64,000 bases of DNA, taken from an uncultured Gammaproteobacteria bacterium (GTDB lineage: Bacteria; Pseudomonadota; Gammaproteobacteria; Ga0077536). Positions 31,758-39,575 of this stretch are shown piece after piece; position 1 is the first letter of the stretch; each line of letters opens with the position of its first letter. Location of the stretch: positions 3,914 to 67,913 of the forward strand of contig CALKCL010000019.1 in assembly GCA_938082545.1 (NCBI GenBank), read 5' to 3'. The notes under the pieces were generated by a model, which had not been told where the DNA came from, did not search any database, and saw only the letters and a list, made by a program, of their open reading frames with translations. A program made the position numbers and the translations under genes.

Positions 31758-33077
31758 TTATATCTCATATGCATTACGTAATAATGTGAAGGCCGAGCCC
31801 GCATGGGTCGCGTCTCCTAGCCCGTGTTGTATCAATTCCCCAGCCATAGGGCAGTCACTTAAATAGTGGTCCACTTCTCCTGCCTGTATTCTCTGAACAA
31901 CAGGTCGGCAGATCTTCTGAGCGGTATGGTAATGTTCTTTCTTCACAGCATAGGTACCATCATGTCCGGAACATCGTTCAATCACTAGTATTGAGCTATC
32001 TGGAACCAGCTCAAGTAATTGTTTAGTCTTCAAACCAATGTTCTGAACTCTTTGATGACACGGAACATGATAGGCGACTTTACCGATAGGGTTTTTAAAG
32101 CTAGTGTTCAATAAACCTAACTTATGCCTACTCATAAGAAACTCAAACGGATCTACAAATGCCCGCTGCACATCTAGCACCATTTGATCGTTTGGGAATA
32201 ATAAAGGCAGCTCTTGCCTGTACATAAGTACGCAACTTGGTATGGGGGCAGTAATCCTTAACCCTTTGTTCACCAATTCCATAAGATTAGGAATATTGAA
32301 ATTTTTTAATTCTTCGAGCGCTTTAAGATCGCCCAATTCAAACTTAGGCATACCACAACATTTTTCGTTGGTAAGAATCTCAACGCCTACTCCGTTATGC
32401 TCGAAGACTGCAATCATATCTTCAACAATCTGGGGCGAGTTTTTATCACCATAACAAGTCACAAATAATCCTATTTTATCTTCAAAAACAATATCTTGCT
32501 TTCTTTTTCTAATTCTTTTTCTAGCAGTATTGGAGTTGAATTTTGGCAACGGTGCTTCTGCGTGTATTCCTAACAAAGACTCCATCCCTTTGCGGATGGG
32601 TTTAGTTTTGTTTGCCAGATTAACAGCTTGGGCAACCACTGGGATGGCTGCCAGTTTACCGACCGCATCCGTACTAGTAAGTACCCGATCCCTAATGCTG
32701 GCGCCTTTTCTTTCGAACTTTTGTGCTTTCGCTCTAAGCATGAGGTGAGGAAAGTCAATATTCCACTCATGAGGAGGAACGTATGGGCATTTCGTCATAT
32801 AACACAAGTCACACAAATAGCAGTCATCAACGACCTTCTCAAAATCTGCTTTATCAACAGTATCCAGCTCCATACTTGGAGCCTCGTCAATCAAATCAAA
32901 CAAACGGGGAAATGAGTTGCATAGGCTCACACAACGACGACATGTGTGACACACGTCGAATACTCTTTCTAATTCACTAGTGAGAGCGTCAGGATCTTTG
33001 AACTCTTCTGATTTCCAGTCTAGCGCATGCCGAGTCGGAGCCTCAAGACTACCCTCTCGACGTTCAATGTCAGCCAT
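31758..33077 (-). CDS. Rubrerythrin-associated Fe-S oxidoreductase (GlpC/HdrD-like, CCG domains)
   Basis: CHTCRRCVSLC, CYLCDLCYMTKCP, KCCGMP, RCSGHDG; likely start MADIERREG at 33077. Confidence 0.88.
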   Translation of the reverse strand: MADIERREGSLEAPTRHALDWKSEEFKDPDALTSELERVFDVCHTCRRCVSLCNSFPRLFDLIDEAPSMELDTVDKADFEKVVDDCYLCDLCYMTKCPYVPPHEWNIDFPHLMLRAKAQKFERKGASIRDRVLTSTDAVGKLAAIPVVAQAVNLANKTKPIRKGMESLLGIHAEAPLPKFNSNTARKRIRKRKQDIVFEDKIGLFVTCYGDKNSPQIVEDMIAVFEHNGVGVEILTNEKCCGMPKFELGDLKALEELKNFNIPNLMELVNKGLRITAPIPSCVLMYRQELPLLFPNDQMVLDVQRAFVDPFEFLMSRHKLGLLNTSFKNPIGKVAYHVPCHQRVQNIGLKTKQLLELVPDSSILVIERCSGHDGTYAVKKEHYHTAQKICRPVVQRIQAGEVDHYLSDCPMAGELIQHGLGDATHAGSAFTLLRNAYEI

Positions 33078-33106
33078 ATTGTGCGTTCTCACTTAAACAA
33101 AGTATT

Positions 33107-33128
33107 GGGGCTGGTTATTACCAGCCCC
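33107..33128 (-). terminator. GC-rich hairpin between rbr and the Fe-S oxidoreductase gene
   Basis: Perfect 9-bp stem GGGGCTGGT/ACCAGCCCC with a 4-nt loop; on the minus strand it is followed by AATACTTTGTTT, a weak U-tract. Confidence 0.55.
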
Positions 33129-33144
33129 TAGGATCAATTTCTAC

Positions 33145-33561
33145 TTAGGCCATACTATCTAGAGCTTTTTGAAACCGATTGGCATGGGATCTTTCAGCTT
33201 TTGCTAAAGTTTCAAACCACTCAGCGATCTCATCAAAACCCTCTTCTCGAGCAGCTTTTGCCATTCCTGGATACATGTCTGAGTACTCATGAGTCTCACC
33301 AGCGATTGCTGCTTTAAGGTTGAGATCTGTAGTACCTATCGGTTCACCTGTAGCAGGGTCTCCAACAGCTTCAAGGTATTCTAGGTGACCATGAGCATGG
33401 CCAGTTTCACCTTCTGCCGTAGAACGAAATACTGCAGAAACATCGTTGTACCCTTCGATATCAGCTTTCTGGGCAAAATATAGATAACGTCTATTTGCCT
33501 GTGATTCTCCAGCGAACGCCGCTTTTAAATTCTCTTCAGTTTTACTGCCTTTTAAAGACAT
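33145..33561 (-). CDS. rbr: Rubrerythrin, short form without rubredoxin domain
   Basis: [39 protein letters not shown]; no CxxC tail. Confidence 0.93.
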   Translation of the reverse strand: MSLKGSKTEENLKAAFAGESQANRRYLYFAQKADIEGYNDVSAVFRSTAEGETGHAHGHLEYLEAVGDPATGEPIGTTDLNLKAAIAGETHEYSDMYPGMAKAAREEGFDEIAEWFETLAKAERSHANRFQKALDSMA

Positions 33562-33593
33562 AATGGATAGCTCCCTAAATTTAGTTTACAAGT

Positions 33594-33626
33594 TTTTAGA
33601 CCAAGTCTAAAACTAGACTCAGTCTA
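33594..33626. promoter_or_regulatory. Tandem palindromic operators upstream of rbr (Fur-family-like)
   Basis: TTTTAGAC-CAA-GTCTAAAA (33594-33612), immediately followed by TAGAC-TCA-GTCTA (33614-33626). Confidence 0.65.
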
Positions 33627-33677
33627 AATGCTAAGGGAGAGAAAAGTCAATAGTTACACAAGAATTTCGATCTAGCC

Positions 33678-33721
33678 CCGTTTAGTGGATAATATATAAA
33701 AATTATCAACCACCTAAACGG
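33678..33721. promoter_or_regulatory. Long imperfect inverted repeat upstream of xseB
   Basis: CCGTTTAG (33678-33685) / CTAAACGG (33714-33721) enclosing GATAAT-N8-ATTATC (33688-33707). Confidence 0.4.
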
Positions 33722-33735
33722 TTTGCGGAAAATTT

Positions 33736-33978
33736 ATGACCAAAAAAACTGCCCCCTTGTTCAACTTTGAAGATGCCATGAAAGAGCTTGAAGCTATAGT
33801 AGACAACATGGAGCATGGAGAATTTAATCTTGAAGAATCAATTAAACAGTTCGAGCATGGTGTCAACCTAACAAAAAAATGCCAGGAAGCCCTTCGAGAG
33901 GCCGAACAAAAAGTTTCGCAGTTATCAGTAAACGGTGACGATCTAACGCCCTTTGCTGCCCTACCTGATCAAGATTAA
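33736..33978 (+). CDS. xseB: Exodeoxyribonuclease VII small subunit
   Basis: FEDAMKELEAIV...LEESIKQFEHGV...AEQKV; precedes ispA. Confidence 0.95.
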   Translation: MTKKTAPLFNFEDAMKELEAIVDNMEHGEFNLEESIKQFEHGVNLTKKCQEALREAEQKVSQLSVNGDDLTPFAALPDQD

Positions 33979-33982
33979 GGCC

Positions 33983-34873
33983 ATGATGATAGAGAACATA
34001 CTTAAACCATTACAGTCCAGAACAAATACTACTTTGGAAAAATTTTTACCTCTCGAGAATCAGGAGCCTCGCCTCCTCAGCAATGCAATGCGTTATTCTG
34101 TTCTCGCTCCCGGAAAACGTTTACGCCCCGTGTTAACTTATTTGACCGGCCAGGTTTTCGGCGCACCTCTTTCAGTTTCAGACGTCCCCGCTGCAGCAGT
34201 AGAGTTAATACACGCCTATTCTTTGATTCACGACGACCTTCCGGCAATGGATGATGATGACCTGCGACGAGGCAGACCAACCTGTCATAAACAATATGAC
34301 GAGGCTACGGCTATTTTAGCTGGAGATGCATTGCAGGCGTTAGCAGTTGAGGTTTTATTGGAAAACCAAGATATTCCACTTAGTGATGAATCGCGCCTCA
34401 ACATGTTGCGAGTACTCACTAGTGCCAGCGGTTCACAAGGTATGGTTGGTGGGCAAGCACTTGATCTCGCCGCGGTCGGCAGAGTGCTCACCATAGAAGA
34501 GTTAGAGAATATACACAGACACAAAACTGGAGACTTGATCAGTGCTAGCGTAGTCCTTGGATACCTTGCATCAGGGCAAAAAGACTCTACCGTTCTAGAA
34601 CATCTGAAGCGATATGCCATGTGCATAGGTTTAGCTTTTCAAGTGCAAGACGACATTTTAGATATAGAAGGAACAACGGAAGAAATAGGCAAACCTCAAG
34701 GTTCGGATGCCGAGTTAAGCAAGCCAACATATCCCAATATTTTGGGCATGTCCAAGGCTAAAGAAACAGCGCTCAATTTACGAAACGAGGCCATTGCAGC
34801 GCTAGATTTTTTACCTGAAGACACGTCTGTGCTCGCCCAAATCGCAGATTTTATAATTTATAGAAAGAAATAG
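33983..34873 (+). CDS. ispA: Farnesyl diphosphate synthase / geranyltranstransferase
   Basis: GKRLRP, SLIHDDLPAMDDDDLRRG, GGQALD, HKTG, FQVQDDILD. Confidence 0.95.
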   Translation: MMIENILKPLQSRTNTTLEKFLPLENQEPRLLSNAMRYSVLAPGKRLRPVLTYLTGQVFGAPLSVSDVPAAAVELIHAYSLIHDDLPAMDDDDLRRGRPTCHKQYDEATAILAGDALQALAVEVLLENQDIPLSDESRLNMLRVLTSASGSQGMVGGQALDLAAVGRVLTIEELENIHRHKTGDLISASVVLGYLASGQKDSTVLEHLKRYAMCIGLAFQVQDDILDIEGTTEEIGKPQGSDAELSKPTYPNILGMSKAKETALNLRNEAIAALDFLPEDTSVLAQIADFIIYRKK

Positions 34874-34879
34874 AGGCCC

Positions 34880-35674
34880 TTAGCGTGCCATAGGTTCTGA
34901 AAGCTTTACTAACTCCCAAACCGACTCCAGTTCTTCCGCTGAAGCCTGATCAATCGCTGTCCCTCTTTCCGACAATTTATTTTCCACACCACGAATCCGT
35001 CTCTCAAATTTGCCCACGGCCTTTCTCAGCGCAGATTCAGAATCTATACCTAAATGTCTACCAAGGTTTACCAATGTAAACAGCACGTCACCAAACTCTT
35101 CCTCTGCACGTTTTTCACCTTGATTTTGGTCAACAACTTCGATGAGTTCCCCGAGCTCTTCCTCCACTTTTCTCAATACTGGATTGACATCAGGCCAATC
35201 AAAACCAAAACTTGAAGCACGATTTTGTATTTTCTCCGCTCTTAGAAGAGCTGGATAACCGATCGGAATGTCATCAAATTTACTCAAAAGACCCCTACCC
35301 TTGCGCTCGTTACTTTTCAATTTTTGCCAATTTTCTTTTGTGTCATTTGAGGGAGAGTCCAAGTCAAACACTTTCGGGTGTCTACTTTTTATTTTTTCTC
35401 TTAATTTTGAGATTACCAAGTCGATATCAAACTGTCCTTGTTTCTCTCCGATATCGCAATGAAGAAGAACATGAAAAAGCAAGTCGCCAATTTCTTCTGG
35501 AATATGCTCCAGACATTCGCTTTCGATAGCATCAACCAATTCATAGGCTTCCTCTATTGTATACTTAGCCAAAGACTGATGTGTCTGTTCCTCGTGCCAA
35601 ACGGAACCGGTTTCAGCTTCTCTCAACTGCCTTACTAATTTAGATAATTCATTTAGACTAGACATATTTCTCAA
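34880..35674 (-). CDS. mazG: Nucleoside triphosphate pyrophosphohydrolase
   Basis: EEAYEL, EEIGDLLF, RHPKVF, KVEEELGEL, EEFGDVLF; two MazG domains. Confidence 0.93.
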   Translation of the reverse strand: MRNMSSLNELSKLVRQLREAETGSVWHEEQTHQSLAKYTIEEAYELVDAIESECLEHIPEEIGDLLFHVLLHCDIGEKQGQFDIDLVISKLREKIKSRHPKVFDLDSPSNDTKENWQKLKSNERKGRGLLSKFDDIPIGYPALLRAEKIQNRASSFGFDWPDVNPVLRKVEEELGELIEVVDQNQGEKRAEEEFGDVLFTLVNLGRHLGIDSESALRKAVGKFERRIRGVENKLSERGTAIDQASAEELESVWELVKLSEPMAR

Positions 35675-35865
35675 CTACCACCTCATTTTGAGAGTGTTTA
35701 TATCATACAGATAGCGCACCTTCTGCGCTTTAGAACCTCTTGGAATATCCATTCGTAAACAATGCGAAAGACTAACCTTGCGTGTGTGTCTTAAATATAT
35801 CATTATCCTTAAGGTAGAATAAATTTTCGTATATCATAAAGTGACAGCAAGCGGAGCACAGTACA

Positions 35866-36108
35866 ATGTCAAAACCCTTTCTCTTTCTAAAACCTCTAAT
35901 TGCTTTGAGCTTTTGTGTCGTAGCCCTATTTGGGTGTGCCTCACAACCGAGCACATCCGACGCTAAGGCAACTACTGCCATAGCGGAAGCTAGAAAAGCC
36001 TCCAGCGAGGCTACTACTGCATTACGAGCAGCTCAGAAAGCACAAGCAACTGCTGAAGCAAACACTGCCCGTATCGAGCGTATGTTCAAACAAACCATGC
36101 AAAAATAA
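35866..36108 (+). CDS. Lpp/OprI-family alanine-zipper lipoprotein
   Basis: Lipobox LFGC, Ala-rich coiled coil, IERMFKQTMQK with C-terminal Lys; convergent with an L,D-transpeptidase gene. Confidence 0.85.
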   Translation: MSKPFLFLKPLIALSFCVVALFGCASQPSTSDAKATTAIAEARKASSEATTALRAAQKAQATAEANTARIERMFKQTMQK

Positions 36109-36114
36109 ACTCCT

Positions 36115-37095
36115 TTACCTAATAACGTTGTCTCCAATGACGCCTATTGAGGTTGGAATACCGTTTTCCAGCCTCAAAGCCTTTTGGACAGCAAGATACC
36201 TCAGCTTGAACTTGTCACTGCCGAACTGCAGATCAAGTAAGCGCATGGTCTCTGCATATCTAGAAGCTAGATCACCAGGATTCTCTTTCAGGGAAGGATG
36301 AGCCTCTAGGTAAATGATCCCAGCATCTACGCCTACTTTTATAGGTTGATTAACTATTAAAACTTTCGTCCCGCTTTTTGTATTGGCAAATAGCTTTTTT
36401 ATGTGCTTTGGATACATTCGTATGCATCCATGAGTCACTCTCATTCCGATTCCATAGGGCTTATTAGTTCCGTGGATCAAATAGCCTTTTTCACTAAGAA
36501 GCATTGCGAATTTCCCTAAAGGATTTTTAGGTCCAGCCACAACGACTTTAGGTAAAGGGTCGCCGTTCGCCGCGTGTTCAGCTAATATCGAATCTGGCGG
36601 GTACCAAGCTGGATCTTCTAACTTCATAGTGACGGTCATAGCCCCATGAGGCGTGCCCCATTTTTGCCGCCCCACACTTACCGGATACGTGGACATCTCA
36701 AAAGAGTTCTCTCGTGTCGAAGTTCCAAACACGTACATACGCATCTCCGGAATATTTATGACTATTCCATCCGTCTTTACGCTCGGTAGAATATAAAGGC
36801 TAGGGATTATCACGTCGGTTCCTGCTTGAGGCAGCCACGGATCGATTGCTGGATTAGCAAGACGCATTTCTGTATACCCTTGATTATAAGAGCGAGCTAT
36901 ATCAGATAGCGTGTCGCCTTGTTCCACAAAAGCAAGCATCAGTTCGCCCACCAAATCACTTTTCGTATTAGCAGCTACATTGCTATGAAAAACTATTATG
37001 AGTAAAAGCAAAAAGGCAAAAAAGCTGCGGGCAAAGGATCTCAACAACGAAACTAGCGCTCTAGTAGTCGGGGCATAAGTTCCACAAGATTGCAT
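36115..37095 (-). CDS. LysM-containing L,D-transpeptidase (ErfK/YbiS family)
   Basis: GDTLSDIAR...ANPAIDPWLP (LysM), INIPEMRMY, YLIHGT, THGCIRM; real start probably about 48 nt downstream of 37095. Confidence 0.92.
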   Translation of the reverse strand: MQSCGTYAPTTRALVSLLRSFARSFFAFLLLLIIVFHSNVAANTKSDLVGELMLAFVEQGDTLSDIARSYNQGYTEMRLANPAIDPWLPQAGTDVIIPSLYILPSVKTDGIVINIPEMRMYVFGTSTRENSFEMSTYPVSVGRQKWGTPHGAMTVTMKLEDPAWYPPDSILAEHAANGDPLPKVVVAGPKNPLGKFAMLLSEKGYLIHGTNKPYGIGMRVTHGCIRMYPKHIKKLFANTKSGTKVLIVNQPIKVGVDAGIIYLEAHPSLKENPGDLASRYAETMRLLDLQFGSDKFKLRYLAVQKALRLENGIPTSIGVIGDNVIR

Positions 37096-37571
37096 GGTTT
37101 TGTTCGACTATCCAGCTGAAAGGATATTAAAGACTCCCATGCAAGTTTGCATGCGCCGGTTGACCCAGGCAAAGAAAAAACATAGGTCCTATTAGCAACG
37201 CCAGCCACTGCTCTAGACTGCATTGTCGAAGTTTTGATGTCCGCATATGAGAGAGCGCGAAAAGTCTCCCCGAAACCTTCTAAAGTTTTATCAAAAAGTA
37301 CTGAAACAGCCTCTGGTGTTCCATCTCTGCCAGTTACCCCAGTGCCTCCTGATATAAGAACAACATCTAACTTCGCAGTGTCTATCCATCCCGACACAAT
37401 AGCGCGAATAGAATATATGCTGTCTTTGCACATCGCTCTTTCAGCTAAATTGTGTCCTGCCTCAGCAATTTTTCTTACTAATAAGTCTCCAGACCTATCA
37501 TTTTTTAACGTACGTGTATCCGATACAGTCAGAACAGCTATCGACAAAGGAATAAATTCAGAATTCGGCAT
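37053..37571 (-). CDS. moaB: Molybdenum cofactor biosynthesis protein B
   Basis: IAVLTVSDTR, GGTGVTGRDGTPEA, QSRAVAG, LPGSTGAC, KPCN. Confidence 0.95.
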   Translation of the reverse strand: MPNSEFIPLSIAVLTVSDTRTLKNDRSGDLLVRKIAEAGHNLAERAMCKDSIYSIRAIVSGWIDTAKLDVVLISGGTGVTGRDGTPEAVSVLFDKTLEGFGETFRALSYADIKTSTMQSRAVAGVANRTYVFSLPGSTGACKLAWESLISFQLDSRTKPCNLVELMPRLLER

Positions 37572-37637
37572 CCTACTTCTCCGTAACTAAAACAAGTAAT
37601 CAGGTTAATATGCTCTCTTTGGACCTAAACATACAAC

Positions 37638-38042
37638 ATGCGCCCAATTGTGAACACTGAAACTGTAAAAATGCGGCTTGATATTTGGCTTTGGTCCGCA
37701 CGATTTTATAAAACACGTCAAATGGCGAACAGGGCCATACAATTGGGGCGAGTGCTTATCCAGGGCAGCAAAGTAAAGCCATCTAGAATGATAACTCTTG
37801 GCACTTGCCTTAATATCCGCCGAGAACAAATGGTCCAAACAGTAACGATTAAAGATTTGTCTGCAAGGCGAGTGTCCGCGCCATTAGCAGTCCAGCTCTA
37901 TATAGAAGACCCAAGCAGCATTGCACTCAACAATGATATCAAAGAAAAATTAAAACTGAGTGCTTTGTCTACACGCTATACCGAGAAGCCAAGTAAGCAG
38001 GACAGAAAACAGCGTATTAAAATAAAACGGCTTGGCGGCTAA
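37638..38042 (+). CDS. hslR: Ribosome-associated heat shock protein Hsp15 (S4 domain)
   Basis: RLDIWLWSARFYKTR, KPS, KPSKQDRK. Confidence 0.9.
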   Translation: MRPIVNTETVKMRLDIWLWSARFYKTRQMANRAIQLGRVLIQGSKVKPSRMITLGTCLNIRREQMVQTVTIKDLSARRVSAPLAVQLYIEDPSSIALNNDIKEKLKLSALSTRYTEKPSKQDRKQRIKIKRLGG

Positions 38043-38188
38043 GAAGATTGTGTGCCATACTTTTGACAGATATTTACAGGCTGAGAATCAGGCCCTTGAA
38101 CCACGTGGGGAGTAGATATACCTATACGCACTCAATAACGAGAATAGAGGTGTTTCTAATTGATAGCAGTAGCCAATAGAGTAAAGTC

Positions 38189-39067
38189 ATGTACCCAGCA
38201 CCTATAGAACAATATTCTAGACCCTCAACGCTAGAAGAGCTGTACAGCCTTCTAGACTCTAATGAAGAAGATATTTTAGTCCTTGCAGGAGGGCAAAGCG
38301 CGATGCAAGCAGTAAAATCTCGCATGCTTAGACCTGCTCATATCATCGATTTACAAGCACTCTCTGAATTAAAATTCGTTACGTCCGAAAAAGATCTTCT
38401 TACAGTTGGGGCGATGACCAGGTACGCTGATATTGTATCTTCCGATTCAATTCCACTAGAACTCATGGCATTGAAGGATGCGGCGAGTCGCGTTGGTGAC
38501 AGACAAGTTCGTAACAGAGGTACTATCGGGGGAAGCCTGTGCTGGAACTATAGCGCCGCTTGTACCCCAGCTACTGTCTTAGCTTTAGATGGGGCTATGA
38601 ACCTCATATCCCCAGATGGCTCGACTAGACAAGTCGCTGCAGATGATTTCTTTCTAGGGCCATTGGAGACCGCTCGAAACGAATTTGAGATATTACTGTC
38701 TGTTGATTTCAAGTTGAGAGGCTCTAAGTCTGGAAGTGCATATAAAAAATGGGGGTTAGTAACCGATGCGCTGCCAGTCATAGGGATAGCGGCATGCTTG
38801 CACTTCGATAATGCGGACTGTTGCGACTACGCACGAATAACTTTAACGGGTCTATCCGGCGCTCAACGTTGCCTGGAAGCAGAAGCGTCGCTCCTAAGCA
38901 CCAGCGCGAATGCAGAAGAAATTGCAGAGGCCATGATGATTGTGTGTAGTAAAGTATCGACGTATACAGACTCCATGGCGACTGCAGATTATCGCTATCA
39001 GCTTATAAAAACAATCGGCTTAGAAGTGATAGAAATAGCAAAAAAAAGAGCTTTCAGCTTAGGATAA
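38189..39067 (+). CDS. Xanthine-oxidase-family hydroxylase, FAD (medium) subunit
   Basis: LAGGQS, GDRQVRNRGTIGGSL, AYKK. Confidence 0.93.
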   Translation: MYPAPIEQYSRPSTLEELYSLLDSNEEDILVLAGGQSAMQAVKSRMLRPAHIIDLQALSELKFVTSEKDLLTVGAMTRYADIVSSDSIPLELMALKDAASRVGDRQVRNRGTIGGSLCWNYSAACTPATVLALDGAMNLISPDGSTRQVAADDFFLGPLETARNEFEILLSVDFKLRGSKSGSAYKKWGLVTDALPVIGIAACLHFDNADCCDYARITLTGLSGAQRCLEAEASLLSTSANAEEIAEAMMIVCSKVSTYTDSMATADYRYQLIKTIGLEVIEIAKKRAFSLG

Positions 39068-39083
39068 ATGGAGGACTGGCATA

Positions 39084-39563
39084 TTGGCTAAAGTTGCAAT
39101 TGATATCAACGGAAGACTGTTTCAAGAAGAAGTACCAGAAAGAATGCTATTAGTAGATTTCATTAGAGAACGTGCTCATCTCACAGGCACCCATATTGGA
39201 TGCACCTACGAAGGAGTATGTGGCGCATGTACAGTACATTTAGATGGAGAGGCTGTTAAAAGCTGTATGCTACTCGCCGCACAAGCAGATGAACACAAGA
39301 TTACAACAGTGGAAGGCTTGGCACCGGATGGAGAACTCACGCCATTGCAAGAAGCCTTCAAATCTGAACATGGTTTGCAATGTGGATTTTGCACAGCGGG
39401 TATCTTGATGAACATGACTGATTTCTTGAAAAGATATCCCAACCCAAGTGAGCAAGAAATCAGGGAAGGTCTGATTGGCAATTTATGCCGATGCACTGGC
39501 TATGTGCATATCATCAATGCTGTCCGCAAAGTTGTGCAAGAAAACCAATCAAGAAAAACCTAG
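39084..39563 (+). CDS. Xanthine-oxidase-family hydroxylase, 2x[2Fe-2S] (small) subunit
   Basis: GCTYEGVCGACTV, KSC, QCGFCT, NLCRCTGY. Confidence 0.95.
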   Translation: MAKVAIDINGRLFQEEVPERMLLVDFIRERAHLTGTHIGCTYEGVCGACTVHLDGEAVKSCMLLAAQADEHKITTVEGLAPDGELTPLQEAFKSEHGLQCGFCTAGILMNMTDFLKRYPNPSEQEIREGLIGNLCRCTGYVHIINAVRKVVQENQSRKT

Positions 39564-39575
39564 GAGACATAAGAC

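Noticed and set aside
38093-38102. CCCTTGAACC resembling a 6S RNA conserved segment
   Set aside because: No complementary GGTTCAAGG arm, and the 146-bp gap is too short for a 6S rod.
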